Origin: an uncultured Methanosarcinales archaeon
GTDB lineage: Archaea; Nanobdellota; Nanobdellia; Woesearchaeales; BS150m-G63
Direction of reading: 5' to 3'
Assembly (NCBI GenBank): GCA_964630685.1
Contig: CAZVVW010000004.1
Span: 1-64,000, forward strand
Length of the DNA stretch: 64,000 nt
The position numbers were made by a program, and so were the translations under genes. Below are positions 38,486 through 48,215 of this stretch, one piece after another. The notes under the pieces are model-generated. The model saw only the letters and a list, made by a program, of their open reading frames with translations. It had not been told where the DNA came from and searched no databases. Positions within the stretch are counted from its first letter, which is position 1, and every line of letters starts with the position of its first letter.

Positions 38486-39004
38486 ATTTCCAAAAAGAGA
38501 CAATATTTAGGCATAGATGAATCTAATCATGGTAGATTTCCAGAGATATTTATGGGTGTTTATTCTAATGTTGGGGCAGATATAAAAAAACAAAAGTTAT
38601 TGGGGAAAAAGAGAAAAAGTGAACCCGTTTCTTCTATTATTAGTGGAAGGGGGAGAGATTTTCATTATTTAGTTATTACAGAAGAATATGGTAAACTGTT
38701 TAAACAAAAAGCATGCTTAATCGCGTATGCTGAGCTTATAAAATCTTTTTCAGGTTTGGAGAAAATAATTATTGATGGTGCATTGAGGGGAGATTTTCAA
38801 GAAGAATTAAGAAATATCCTTTATCCGAGACGTTATAATATACTTGCAGCTGCAAAAGCAGACATGAATTATGGAGTAGTCAATTTAGCAGATCAGATTG
38901 CTAATGTGATTCATAGAGACTATAAATATCCAGAAAGAATAAAAAAATATTTACCACACCTAATTACCCCTAAGATTGAAGATTACCTTAGTTTATTGGA
39001 CTAA
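38486..39004 (+). CDS. RNase H-fold protein (RNase HII/DUF3800-like), probable ATT start
   Basis: The frame upstream of ATG 38552 encodes YLGIDESNHG; later IIIDG and KAD..Y.VV.LADQIA; SD GAGGTG sits 5 nt before ATT. Confidence 0.55.
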   Translation: MSKKRQYLGIDESNHGRFPEIFMGVYSNVGADIKKQKLLGKKRKSEPVSSIISGRGRDFHYLVITEEYGKLFKQKACLIAYAELIKSFSGLEKIIIDGALRGDFQEELRNILYPRRYNILAAAKADMNYGVVNLADQIANVIHRDYKYPERIKKYLPHLITPKIEDYLSLLD

Positions 39005-39036
39005 TGGGTGTGGTTGAGTTGTTGATTGGTTAATAC

Positions 39037-39450
39037 TTATTTTGTTTTTTTGGTTGTTGCTTTTGTTGTTTTCTTTTTTGGTTTCTCTGTTTTTTTTGTA
39101 GTTTTAGTTGCCGTTTTTGGTTTTTCTTTAGGTTTAGATTTTGTTGTTGCTTTTTCTTCTAGTGTTCTCTTTTTTCTTGCTTTTTTAGGTTTTTCTGTTG
39201 CTTTTTTAGGTTTTGTTACGTTTACTTCCATCTTTAATTTTTTGAATTCTTTTACTATATCTACATTAGATGCCTCCTTATTAATTTTAATTATTTGGTC
39301 TAAGGGTTCAAGATGTATTAAATTACATTTTCTACGTCTTGTTTCTCCATCTATCAATACATAATTAGATTTTAGAATATCCACAATAACACATTTTTTA
39401 CCCGCATCTCTACCGGCAATTTTTACACATAATCTTCCAATTCCATACAT
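39037..39450 (-). CDS. rpl14e: 50S ribosomal protein eL14 with Lys-rich tail
   Basis: IGRLCVKIAGRDAGKKCVIVD...RRRKCNLIHLEP. Confidence 0.93.
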   Translation of the reverse strand: MYGIGRLCVKIAGRDAGKKCVIVDILKSNYVLIDGETRRRKCNLIHLEPLDQIIKINKEASNVDIVKEFKKLKMEVNVTKPKKATEKPKKARKKRTLEEKATTKSKPKEKPKTATKTTKKTEKPKKKTTKATTKKTK

Positions 39451-39543
39451 TTTAGTTCCTCCAGTTTCCTTTTTTAAAGGGTTTGTTACCAAATTTTCCC
39501 AGGAAACTATATTTATTATTTGATGAATGTAACTTGTATTTAT

Positions 39544-39807
39544 TTATTTATTTATTGAGCTCTTTATTTTTGCTCTAGTACATTTAGAACAGAGTTTACC
39601 GCCAAAAGGTCTTTGTGGCCTTTTTTGACTTTTAGGGGTGTTTTGTGCTTTGTAAGGTCTCAATCTCGGTACTCCTTTTAATTCTGCTTTGCAATTAGCA
39701 CAATGTGCTACCTTAGGTTTTCTTTTTTTATAAGTTAATTTAGTTTTACTGATAACTCTAGTAAAAACCCTTCTTAATGATCTTGATTTATGTTTTCCTG
39801 CTGGCAT
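39544..39807 (-). CDS. rpl34e: 50S ribosomal protein eL34
   Basis: KSRSLRR, CANC..L.GV and KRPQRPFGGKLC. Confidence 0.93.
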   Translation of the reverse strand: MPAGKHKSRSLRRVFTRVISKTKLTYKKRKPKVAHCANCKAELKGVPRLRPYKAQNTPKSQKRPQRPFGGKLCSKCTRAKIKSSINK

Positions 39808-39848
39808 TTTTGTAGTTTATATAGTTTAATTGAGTTCATTTAAAAGCT

Positions 39849-40592
39849 TTACGCTAAATTCATCCATTTTCTAAGAGCCATACTGAATATCAAAGAAAGG
39901 ATAATGTATGTGCCTAACCAACCTAACTTCCATCCGAATAAATTTAGTACTTTTAGTTTTTCATTATTGATGTTTAATGATTTTAAATGGGGATCTTTTA
40001 TATGTTTTGTTGGCTCTTTGTAGGCTAATTCAGTTGTGATCAATACTTCTTGGAGATGACTATTGTCATTGAATTCATATTCAAGAAGATATTCTCCTGC
40101 TTCCCCTTTTAATATCCATTTTGCTTGATTATTTGTAATTGTTTGTGTTTGATCACCCATTAAAATTATACCTTCAGGAACATTTAAATTAATTGTTCCA
40201 GTAGCATCTTTGAATGTTGCTGTTGTGATAAATTCTTGATTAGGCATTATAGGATAATAAGCAAGATGGGATGTTAACCAACCAAATATGATAATTATTG
40301 GAATAAATGTAACTAATGTAGGTTTCATACTTAACCCCATATACTTCATATTTGTTTTCATTGCTTTTTGTTGTACTTCCATTGCTTTTTCTGGATGGTC
40401 TTTGAGTTCTTTTGTTTCTTTTTGGAACTCTTTCATCTCTGCTTTTAAGGTCTTCATCAAATCTTGATCTGTCATTAATTTGTAAATTACTGTAATTATA
40501 AGAGACACTAGAAAGGAGATTATTAAGACTACCCAAAAAGGATGTAGGGTTAACAAAGGATTCAATATTGGTTCAAGTATTTTTTCAAACAT
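39849..40592 (-). CDS. EMC3/TMCO1 (DUF106, Oxa1 superfamily) membrane insertase
   Basis: TM1, coiled coil, MKPTLVTFIPII and WLGTYII; conserved position after secY. Confidence 0.85.
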   Translation of the reverse strand: MFEKILEPILNPLLTLHPFWVVLIISFLVSLIITVIYKLMTDQDLMKTLKAEMKEFQKETKELKDHPEKAMEVQQKAMKTNMKYMGLSMKPTLVTFIPIIIIFGWLTSHLAYYPIMPNQEFITTATFKDATGTINLNVPEGIILMGDQTQTITNNQAKWILKGEAGEYLLEYEFNDNSHLQEVLITTELAYKEPTKHIKDPHLKSLNINNEKLKVLNLFGWKLGWLGTYIILSLIFSMALRKWMNLA

Positions 40593-40599
40593 TTTAGTT

Positions 40600-41991
40600 T
40601 TATTGCCCTATGAATTTTCTTAACATTGGGTTCATATCCATCATGTGTTGTTGTGCTATTTCTTCATATAATTTGTAAATAATCATAACTGCTAATAAGA
40701 TTCCAGTTCCTCTAGATAGTGCTCCAGCAACGTCTGCCACGCCTGCTAAGAATCCTACTGCAAGTCCACCCATAACTGTTAATGGTATTATGTATCTTTT
40801 TAGTAATCTTTCTAATACTCTTTGATCTTTTCTAAATCCTGGTATTTGTAAACCTGAAGACATTATTTGTTTTGCTTGTGATTTTGCGTCCATTCCTGCT
40901 GTCTGCATCCAAAACCATGAAAATAATACTGCTCCGCCCATCATGAATGCTAAATATACAAGGGCATGCCCTACTTGAGATAATGTGAGGCTTCCTTTAA
41001 TTACACTACCAAGTATATTTGGTGAATAAAGCCAAGAAACAAGTCCACTTACAGGGGTGTTTCCACTAAAAGTACCTAGAAATGGGTGTCCCCAGTTTTG
41101 CAATAGTCTCGCCCAAAGTTGAATGTTTGCCATTAATGCAGCAACCAATATTACTGGAATATTACTAGTATATAAAAAATTTAAAGGCCATCGCATTCCA
41201 TGCCCCCTTACTCTACCAAAACTCAAGGGGATTTCTATTTTCATTGCTTGACCATATACTGCCATAACAAATACTAATATGGTTGCTAAAAGTCCTCCAA
41301 GCATTAGTCCTGCAGTAATTTTATCTCCAATAGCTAATGATTGAAATAATGCAGGAATAGCTCCTGTTGCTATGTTTGGGTTGGTTGGAGAAGCTAATGG
41401 ACTAAAAGATCTTATAAAAATACTTTTACTCACTCCTGCTGCGATGAATAATGAGATTCCGGATCCAAATCCCCATTTACTTATCACTTCATCCATAAAC
41501 ATGATCATTAATCCACCAAGAATTAATTGGAATATTAAGATTAATTGTAAAGGAAAATAAATGCTTGTGCCAAGAAATACATTAGCTGGAGCTAACCCAC
41601 CCATAAATACATAAATTCCTGCTTCAAATACTATGAAAAAAATAGCTAAAAGTTTTTGAATTCCTTGAAAATTTTTTTTGCCTTCTGTACTGGTTAAGTC
41701 AAATTTAACAATTCCTGAACCATTTAATAGTTGTAATACGATAGATGCTGTTACTATTGGCCCAATACCCAAAGATATTAAAGAACCAAATTGAGCTCCA
41801 AGAATTAATGATAAATATTCAAATTGTTGTAATGCGTTTTCCCCTAAACCAAATAAAGGAATCATTCCAAGAAGAAAGAATAGGCCAAGAACAATTCCAG
41901 TCCATTTTAATTTTTCTTTAAAAGATAATCTTTTTTGGGCAGGTTTTGCTACTTCAGGCAAATTCATTAAAATATTTTTTAAAAAAGACAT
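40600..41991 (-). CDS. secY: Preprotein translocase SecY
   Basis: LPEV..P, LGIGPIVTASIVLQLL, KWGFGSGISLFI, YTSNIPVIL, IPGFR and GTGILL. Confidence 0.97.
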   Translation of the reverse strand: MSFLKNILMNLPEVAKPAQKRLSFKEKLKWTGIVLGLFFLLGMIPLFGLGENALQQFEYLSLILGAQFGSLISLGIGPIVTASIVLQLLNGSGIVKFDLTSTEGKKNFQGIQKLLAIFFIVFEAGIYVFMGGLAPANVFLGTSIYFPLQLILIFQLILGGLMIMFMDEVISKWGFGSGISLFIAAGVSKSIFIRSFSPLASPTNPNIATGAIPALFQSLAIGDKITAGLMLGGLLATILVFVMAVYGQAMKIEIPLSFGRVRGHGMRWPLNFLYTSNIPVILVAALMANIQLWARLLQNWGHPFLGTFSGNTPVSGLVSWLYSPNILGSVIKGSLTLSQVGHALVYLAFMMGGAVLFSWFWMQTAGMDAKSQAKQIMSSGLQIPGFRKDQRVLERLLKRYIIPLTVMGGLAVGFLAGVADVAGALSRGTGILLAVMIIYKLYEEIAQQHMMDMNPMLRKFIGQ

Positions 41992-41992
41992 T

Positions 41993-42421
41993 TTACATCA
42001 ATTCTCCACCAGCTTTTTTTAATCTTTCTTCTGCTTTTTTGGAGAATGAATCTATTTTAAGTTTTAATTTTTTTGTAAGAGTCCCATTACTCAATAATTT
42101 ATCATAGCCTAATTTACTCAAATCTATTTCAAATATATTTTGAGTTTCCTTTGCTATACCTTTTTTAATCCAAGTAGGTAATTTAATTTCTATTTCTTTA
42201 AAATTGATTGTTTTAATTGTTTTAAATCTACTTGTAAAACCATATTTTCCGAAATATTTTCCTTTCCAAATTGATGGTTTTTTTGCATCGCCACGTTTAC
42301 CTGAACCTGCTGCACCCCTTCCTCCACGATGGCCGGCTCCTCTTCGTTTCTTCATAGAGCCACAACCATGGGTTTTTGAGCCCCTATATTTCACTTTTTT
42401 CTTTAATCTGTTTGCAGTCAT
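41993..42421 (-). CDS. rpl15: 50S ribosomal protein uL15
   Basis: RGSKTHGCG..KKRRGAGHRGGRG; operon position. Confidence 0.93.
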   Translation of the reverse strand: MTANRLKKKVKYRGSKTHGCGSMKKRRGAGHRGGRGAAGSGKRGDAKKPSIWKGKYFGKYGFTSRFKTIKTINFKEIEIKLPTWIKKGIAKETQNIFEIDLSKLGYDKLLSNGTLTKKLKLKIDSFSKKAEERLKKAGGELM

Positions 42422-42466
42422 TTTGATACCTTGTCTTTATTTATCTTTATTGATCTTTATTTATAT

Positions 42467-42886
42467 TTATAACATCTTTTGGATTAAGAGGTTAATTTTG
42501 TCTCCCCTGTATCCTAATACTCCTCCTTTAGTGAAAGGAGTCTTGATCCCTTTTCTTTCAAATCCTCCTCTTGGAGGTGCTAATCTAAATAGGTTAGGTT
42601 TTTTTGTATTTTTTCTTTTAGATATTAATGCCTTTTTTGTTTCTGGATTTAGTTCTCCCCAAGTTATATAATCTTTACATTTTTTTATCATGCCAAGATA
42701 ATTTGGAGCATTTTCTATAATAATGCAACTGTTAGTTATATTTAAATTTAGCATTTTGAGGGTATTAACTATTACTTTATTTACTTTGATAGACCCCCTT
42801 ATTCTAATCACTGCCAATTCAATAGGTTTACTTTTTTCAGTTGATTTTTTCTTTTCTGTTTTTGCTTTTTCTTTTAATTTTGCCAT
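42467..42886 (-). CDS. rpl30: 50S ribosomal protein uL30
   Basis: AVIRIRG, YITWGE, FRLAPPRGG and LGYRG. Confidence 0.92.
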   Translation of the reverse strand: MAKLKEKAKTEKKKSTEKSKPIELAVIRIRGSIKVNKVIVNTLKMLNLNITNSCIIIENAPNYLGMIKKCKDYITWGELNPETKKALISKRKNTKKPNLFRLAPPRGGFERKGIKTPFTKGGVLGYRGDKINLLIQKML

Positions 42887-42887
42887 T

Positions 42888-43817
42888 TTATTCTAATAAA
42901 CCATCTTTAATCCCTAAAGCTTCAACATCGTGAGGCTTTACTTTAGTTGTGCTCAATTTTCTTAATGCTTTTAAACAAGCTTTAATAAGATTAATTTTTG
43001 ATTTTGTTTGTCCAAAAGTTCTTGACCAAATATCTTTAATTCCTGCCAATTCTAAGATTTTTGCGCAACTAGATTCTACACAAAGACCAGTTCCTTTTGG
43101 AGCAGGTATTAGTTCAATTTTAACTGAACTACATTTTCCTTCTACTTCAAATGGGATTGAGTGGGGTGTTTTACAATTACATTGCCATGAACCACACCCT
43201 CTTTTTATTTTAATTAAATCTAATTTTGCGTTTCTAAATGATTTTTCTCGTGCAGGGACAGTTTCTTTAGCTTTACCATACCCAACACCAACATACCCAT
43301 CTTTATTTCCTACGACAGCATAAGTTGCAAATCTTGGTTTATTTCCTTCAGGTGTTTTCTTTTGAGTTTGTTTAAAAACTCTTCTTTGTCCTCCACCAAA
43401 CTTACCTTTTGATTGCCCAATTAGTAATAAATCTTTTTCGATGTTTGGGATTAAAGCATCCACAATTTCAGGTTCTAGTATTTTTAATCCATTATCTAAA
43501 ATATAATCCATTTCTTTAATTTCTTTATTTTTTACTTGATTTCCTAAACCTGTTTGAGGTTTCCAAGAATCAATATCAAAACTATTTCTAGATATTTTTT
43601 CTTCTATTTTTCCTTTAGTGATATCTTTTGCAGCTTTTTTAACGTCTGCTTCTGCTTTTTTAATATCTTCTTCTATTTCTTTTTCATCTATCTTTATTTC
43701 TACAGGCTTTTCTTCTTTATTCTGTTCTTTAACAGGGATTTCTTGAACCTTTTTTTGAGAGGTTTCTTTTACTTTTTCTTCTTCTTGACTTGGTTTTGAG
43801 TCTTTTTCTTTTTCCAT
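42888..43817 (-). CDS. rps5: 30S ribosomal protein uS5 with long charged N-terminal extension
   Basis: W.P.T.LG, VVGNKDGYVGVG, RGCGSW.C.C..PHS and PAPKGTGL. Confidence 0.94.
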   Translation of the reverse strand: MEKEKDSKPSQEEEKVKETSQKKVQEIPVKEQNKEEKPVEIKIDEKEIEEDIKKAEADVKKAAKDITKGKIEEKISRNSFDIDSWKPQTGLGNQVKNKEIKEMDYILDNGLKILEPEIVDALIPNIEKDLLLIGQSKGKFGGGQRRVFKQTQKKTPEGNKPRFATYAVVGNKDGYVGVGYGKAKETVPAREKSFRNAKLDLIKIKRGCGSWQCNCKTPHSIPFEVEGKCSSVKIELIPAPKGTGLCVESSCAKILELAGIKDIWSRTFGQTKSKINLIKACLKALRKLSTTKVKPHDVEALGIKDGLLE

Positions 43818-43826
43818 TTTATTTTA

Positions 43827-44381
43827 TTATTTCATTAATTTTTTTTTAGTATCTTCAAATTGTTTTAATATGTCTATTTTATTTTTTTGATATTTTGAAA
43901 ATTGTGTTTTTGATTCTTTTTGATTCTTTAAGTAATTAGTTATATTTGTTCCTTTGATAGATTCTTCGTTAGGAAACATGCTTTCTGAATGCGGCGTTTT
44001 TAATCCATTATCTATTGCACCTTTTAATGCTGCAAAGATTCTTGAACCTTTTGTTGTGCTATGTAGGCCTAAATCAACAACAACTTCACCCACTTTTTTC
44101 TCGTTTGCCTTTTTTGCCAATAATAATCCAGTTAAATAAGCTGCAGGAATATTTCCAGTGTTTGCTGTCCACCCCATTTTTTTTAATTCTGAAGAATTTG
44201 TGCCCACAATTATTTTATCTCCATTTGTTTGATATTCTATAATTTGAAGAGATATATTATTCAAAGATCTTCTGATAACTAATCTTGGTTTTTTAGAGAG
44301 TAATAGTTTTAATCTCTTTTTATAATTAGTTTTTCCTTCTCGTTTTCTCCTATAATTTACTTTTTTTATTGTTTTGCTCAT
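43827..44381 (-). CDS. rpl18: 50S ribosomal protein uL18
   Basis: RRKREGKTNYKKRLKLL, NIPAAYLTGLL. Confidence 0.94.
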   Translation of the reverse strand: MSKTIKKVNYRRKREGKTNYKKRLKLLLSKKPRLVIRRSLNNISLQIIEYQTNGDKIIVGTNSSELKKMGWTANTGNIPAAYLTGLLLAKKANEKKVGEVVVDLGLHSTTKGSRIFAALKGAIDNGLKTPHSESMFPNEESIKGTNITNYLKNQKESKTQFSKYQKNKIDILKQFEDTKKKLMK

Positions 44382-44824
44382 TTTTTACCTATTATTTTTT
44401 CTAGGAAGATTTTTATGTGTCTTTTACTTCTGAAAAATCCACCTTTAGATTTTGATCTTAAGTCCCTATATGTTTTACCTTCAATAATTTTTTTATCTTT
44501 GATTTCTTTTATGAATTTTCTTTGCAATCTTATTTTGTTTATCCATATTTTTTTCTTAGGTAATCTAGCTGTTTTTTTACCTTTTCTTGAACCATGTCCT
44601 TTTCGTTTTCCTTTATTTCTTTGAATTTGTCTTTTTTTAGCTCTACCCCGTGAAATTCCTTTAATTGGTTTTGCAGTTATTGCTTCATCTTTTATTAAGG
44701 ATCTTAAATCTGCTTTAGTTATTGCTTCTTTTATTTCGTCCAATCTTTCATTATCAAAAGTAACTCTTTTTTTAGAGCAATTCAATAATTTTGCAGATAT
44801 TGTTTTTTGGGCTGTTAATTTCAT
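44378..44824 (-). CDS. rpl19e: 50S ribosomal protein eL19
   Basis: AITKADLRSLI, GHGSRKGKKTAR and KGGFF. Confidence 0.94.
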   Translation of the reverse strand: MKLTAQKTISAKLLNCSKKRVTFDNERLDEIKEAITKADLRSLIKDEAITAKPIKGISRGRAKKRQIQRNKGKRKGHGSRKGKKTARLPKKKIWINKIRLQRKFIKEIKDKKIIEGKTYRDLRSKSKGGFFRSKRHIKIFLEKIIGKK

Positions 44825-44835
44825 TTTGATTGGGA

Positions 44836-45432
44836 TTATGCTTTTTTAGTTAATGCTTTATCTTTTTCCTTTTTCTCTTCTGATTTCTCTTTTTTTAATT
44901 CTTCTTCTGTTTGTTCTACTTTGTCTTCTATTTTATCTTTCTTTTTCTCTTCTGATTCTTTTTCTTTTGCTTTTTTCTTTGCTTCTTCTTTTTTAGCAGT
45001 TTTGCTTGCTGTTTTTTTCTTTTTAAGTTCTTTTTTTTGTTTTAATTTTTCTTCTGTTTGTTTAAGGAATAATTCAGGATCTTTCATATTTAATATTATA
45101 ATTTTTGATTTTAATGCTTCTTTAATTAATTCTATTTTTTTCTTTAACCCTATCTTGGTGAGTATGATTCCCTCATCCTTTGAAATATTTTTTAATTCTT
45201 TTATAGTTGAAATTGTTTTTGCTTTGATTCCTTTTACTAAGTGTTTTATTTCTTTTGGTGCACCATAACCTATTTTAGGTTTTAATCTATATCCTTTTTG
45301 AGCTAATCTTATTTTTGATTGTAATCCTCTTGCCCTTCTCCATCTAGCTTTGACCCTTCCTTTTTTATGGGAATCTTGCCTAATAAAATCTGGTTTTTTT
45401 CTCTTAGTTATTTTTGTAGTGGTTCTGTTCAT
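44836..45432 (-). CDS. rpl32e: 50S ribosomal protein eL32 with K/E-rich tail
   Basis: KPDFIRQDSHKK..V..RWRRARGLQSK, PKIGYG. Confidence 0.92.
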   Translation of the reverse strand: MNRTTTKITKRKKPDFIRQDSHKKGRVKARWRRARGLQSKIRLAQKGYRLKPKIGYGAPKEIKHLVKGIKAKTISTIKELKNISKDEGIILTKIGLKKKIELIKEALKSKIIILNMKDPELFLKQTEEKLKQKKELKKKKTASKTAKKEEAKKKAKEKESEEKKKDKIEDKVEQTEEELKKEKSEEKKEKDKALTKKA

Positions 45433-45974
45433 TTGATTTCTTTTCCGTCTTTTTCAATTATAAATATCCCATCTTGAAATATTCTTCTATCTTTATTAGT
45501 GATTCTTGTTAATTGTTCTATGTCTGCTGCGATTTGTCCAGCTGTTTCTTTACTTGTCGATTCAATAACTATTTCATTTCCATTTAATTTAACTTCTGCT
45601 CCTTGTTTTAATTTAAGTATTCTTGGATGTTTTTCTCCAAAAAAGTTTTTTACGGTTAGTTCATTATTGTTAATTGAAACATTCATTGGGAAGTGGCTTG
45701 AGCAAATTTTTAATTTATATATGTGGCCTTCTGTTGCCCCTTTTATCATATTAAGTATGTGTGCTTTAATGGTTCCTGCTAATTTTTTTTCACGTTTTGT
45801 TAATCTTTTAGAGCTTAATTTAATTTTATTGCCATCAATTTTTAAATATATTAAAGGATTAAGGAAATCTCTTTTTGTTTCTCCTTTTTCTCCTTTAAGG
45901 GTTAAAATTGAATCTTGTAAATTTGCTTGGACCCCCCCCAATAATTCAATTTCAATATCTATTTTTTTGTTCAT
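45429..45974 (-). CDS. rpl6: 50S ribosomal protein uL6
   Basis: HFPMNV, NFFGEK and DRRIFQDGIFI. Confidence 0.94.
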   Translation of the reverse strand: MNKKIDIEIELLGGVQANLQDSILTLKGEKGETKRDFLNPLIYLKIDGNKIKLSSKRLTKREKKLAGTIKAHILNMIKGATEGHIYKLKICSSHFPMNVSINNNELTVKNFFGEKHPRILKLKQGAEVKLNGNEIVIESTSKETAGQIAADIEQLTRITNKDRRIFQDGIFIIEKDGKEIK

Positions 45975-45979
45975 GATAG

Positions 45980-46369
45980 TTAGTAAACAAATGCAATTAA
46001 TTTTCCCCCAATTTTATTTTCTTTAGCTTCTTTTTGAGTCATGATTCCCTTTGATGTTGAAATTATTATAATTCCAAAATCTTTTGCAGGTAAAAATCTT
46101 TTTTCAAATTTTTCATAATTGTTTTGTTTTATTGCAAATCGTGGTTTTATCACTCCACATTTGTTAATATTATTAATTAAATTTAATTTAAGGGAAGTTC
46201 CTTGCCGAGTCTCTGTTTTTTCAAAATCTCCCACAAAATGATTGTCTTTCATAATTTCCAATATTTTTTCAATTACTTTGGAGCTAGGTCTGATTAAACA
46301 TTCCTTTTTTCCTATCTTTTCTGCATTCAGGATAACTGATAATGCATTTGCTAATGGGTCATTTAACAT
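45980..46369 (-). CDS. rps8: 30S ribosomal protein uS8
   Basis: DPLANALS, INKCGVIKPRF, FLPAKDFG and STSKGIM. Confidence 0.94.
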   Translation of the reverse strand: MLNDPLANALSVILNAEKIGKKECLIRPSSKVIEKILEIMKDNHFVGDFEKTETRQGTSLKLNLINNINKCGVIKPRFAIKQNNYEKFEKRFLPAKDFGIIIISTSKGIMTQKEAKENKIGGKLIAFVY

Positions 46370-46378
46370 TTTTTCCAC

Positions 46379-46609
46379 CTAATTGTATTTTTTAAATCCT
46401 ATTTTTGAGGCAATATCTCTGAAGCAAGTCCTACAAATACCTAATTTATATTTGTTTATGCTTGCATATTTTCTGCCACAAGTTTTACATTTTTTACTGC
46501 TTCTTCCAAATTTTCTTTCTTTTGGGGCATTGTGTTTGATAAATTTAGTTAATTTAGCTGGTTTTACTTTAAGTTGTTTGAATACTTTTGTATGGCTGCT
46601 TGTAGTCAT
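46379..46609 (-). CDS. rps14: 30S ribosomal protein uS14 (Zn type, N-terminally extended)
   Basis: CKTCG...ICRTCFRDIA..IGFKKY. Confidence 0.92.
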   Translation of the reverse strand: MTTSSHTKVFKQLKVKPAKLTKFIKHNAPKERKFGRSSKKCKTCGRKYASINKYKLGICRTCFRDIASKIGFKKYN

Positions 46610-47121
46610 TCTTCATCACCTATCTTAACATTGAATTTTTTTTGCATAAATTCTATTGATTCTAATTTATTTATATTATGTTTTTTAGGAATTTTTTTCT
46701 TGAAATTTTTCCTTCTTTTAATTCTAAATCCGGGCCTTTCTAAAGTTACACAAACTTCTAAACCAATTATACCAATATCTGGATTATATTTTGCTTCTGG
46801 AATGTTAATATATTCTGGAATTCCAAATGCAATGTTTCCATAATCATCAAATTGTTTTTCAGTCAGTATGTTTTCTTTTGATTGTAATAATCTTATTAAT
46901 AATTCTTCTGCTTTTTCCCCCCTTAATGTAACTTTGCATCCAATCGGTAAACCTGGCCGCAATCCCCACTGAGCTATTCTTTTTTGAGTGGTTGTTTTAA
47001 CTGGTTTAACTCCTGAGAGTTCTTTTAATAATAATAATGCTTTATCTAGTATAGATTGATTTTTTCCAACACCTATATTAAGAGTTATTTTCCCTATTTT
47101 TATTTCTTTCATTGGATTCAT
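46606..47121 (-). CDS. rpl5: 50S ribosomal protein uL5
   Basis: NPMKEI, IGCKVTLRG, FGIPEYI and LERPGFRI. Confidence 0.94.
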   Translation of the reverse strand: MNPMKEIKIGKITLNIGVGKNQSILDKALLLLKELSGVKPVKTTTQKRIAQWGLRPGLPIGCKVTLRGEKAEELLIRLLQSKENILTEKQFDDYGNIAFGIPEYINIPEAKYNPDIGIIGLEVCVTLERPGFRIKRRKNFKKKIPKKHNINKLESIEFMQKKFNVKIGDEE

Positions 47122-47816
47122 TTTTCAAATAAACTTATTGCACTTTTTTCTTTTCCAATTATAAAAGCATGATTTTTGGAAGTTTCTAGGCTTTCGTTAC
47201 CTTTTGTTTTGAAAATTAATTGGTTGCCATCTATTTTTTCTATTGTCCCTGATTCTGCAACGTGTTTTCCACCTGTTAAATAAACTGTAGATGATTCTTC
47301 TAATTTGAAGTGGTCTTTTATTTTTTGAGTAGAAAGATCTATGATTATACTGTCTCCAGGTTTGTATTTTTTATCTTTTACTAAGACATTTTTACTTCCT
47401 GAGAGGTTTAACTGGATTTTTCCTTTTTTTATTATTGTTTTATTTAATATTTTGAAAATTCCCAAATTCTTTTCTATTTCTTTTAATTCTAATAATTCTA
47501 ATTTTCCTTTTTTAGTAAGTAAAACTCTGAAATATTTGTTCATGGAAGGTATTTCAAGTACATCCATTAATCCAATAGTATCATGAATATCCGTTCTTTT
47601 TATTTTGTTGATCAATATGTCTTTATTGTTTAAGATGTATTTTGCTTCTTTTGCGCTTTTTGCATATTTTAAATAATCTCTCAATAGAGTTCCTAATGCA
47701 AAACCTTTTTTGAAGGATGCGCTTCCTGCAAAGGGCCTGATTATGAATTTGTTTTCCTTTTTCATTATTTCCCAACTTTTAGGAGAAGGGATTCTTTTTA
47801 AGTGGTTTTTAGTCAT
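47118..47816 (-). CDS. rps4e: 30S ribosomal protein eS4
   Basis: HLKR..SP.SW, IGLMDV and TGGKH. Confidence 0.93.
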   Translation of the reverse strand: MTKNHLKRIPSPKSWEIMKKENKFIIRPFAGSASFKKGFALGTLLRDYLKYAKSAKEAKYILNNKDILINKIKRTDIHDTIGLMDVLEIPSMNKYFRVLLTKKGKLELLELKEIEKNLGIFKILNKTIIKKGKIQLNLSGSKNVLVKDKKYKPGDSIIIDLSTQKIKDHFKLEESSTVYLTGGKHVAESGTIEKIDGNQLIFKTKGNESLETSKNHAFIIGKEKSAISLFEK

Positions 47817-48189
47817 TTTTTCTCTCCATGGATTTTATTCTTTTTTTGTCTTCTAAATCTAATGATAGGATTAAAAGGTTTGATGATGCAATTGGTGCTA
47901 ATCTTTTAGTACCATCTTTTTTGATTATTTCAATACCTGTGATGAAAATTTTCCCCCTTTTTGTTTCAACTTTTTCAATTGTGCCTGTTTTTCCCTTAAA
48001 TGTACCCCTCATTATTTTGATTTTATCTCCTTTTTTTATTTGGGCAGATCTTTTATGGTATTTTTCTTTTAATTCTTTTGATAAATGAGATGACATTAGT
48101 TTTCTTTTTATGTGTAAAGGAGCATTAGTTCTATACTTACGTTGGTTTCTTACTTTTTTACTCGATTTCCACGATTTTTTGAATTCCAT
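47809..48189 (-). CDS. rpl24: 50S ribosomal protein uL24
   Basis: QRKY..NAPLH, LSKEL and KOW motif KGDKIKIMRG. Confidence 0.94.
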   Translation of the reverse strand: MEFKKSWKSSKKVRNQRKYRTNAPLHIKRKLMSSHLSKELKEKYHKRSAQIKKGDKIKIMRGTFKGKTGTIEKVETKRGKIFITGIEIIKKDGTKRLAPIASSNLLILSLDLEDKKRIKSMERKND

Positions 48190-48215
48190 TTTGTTTTTTG
48201 ATTGTTATTTTATGA

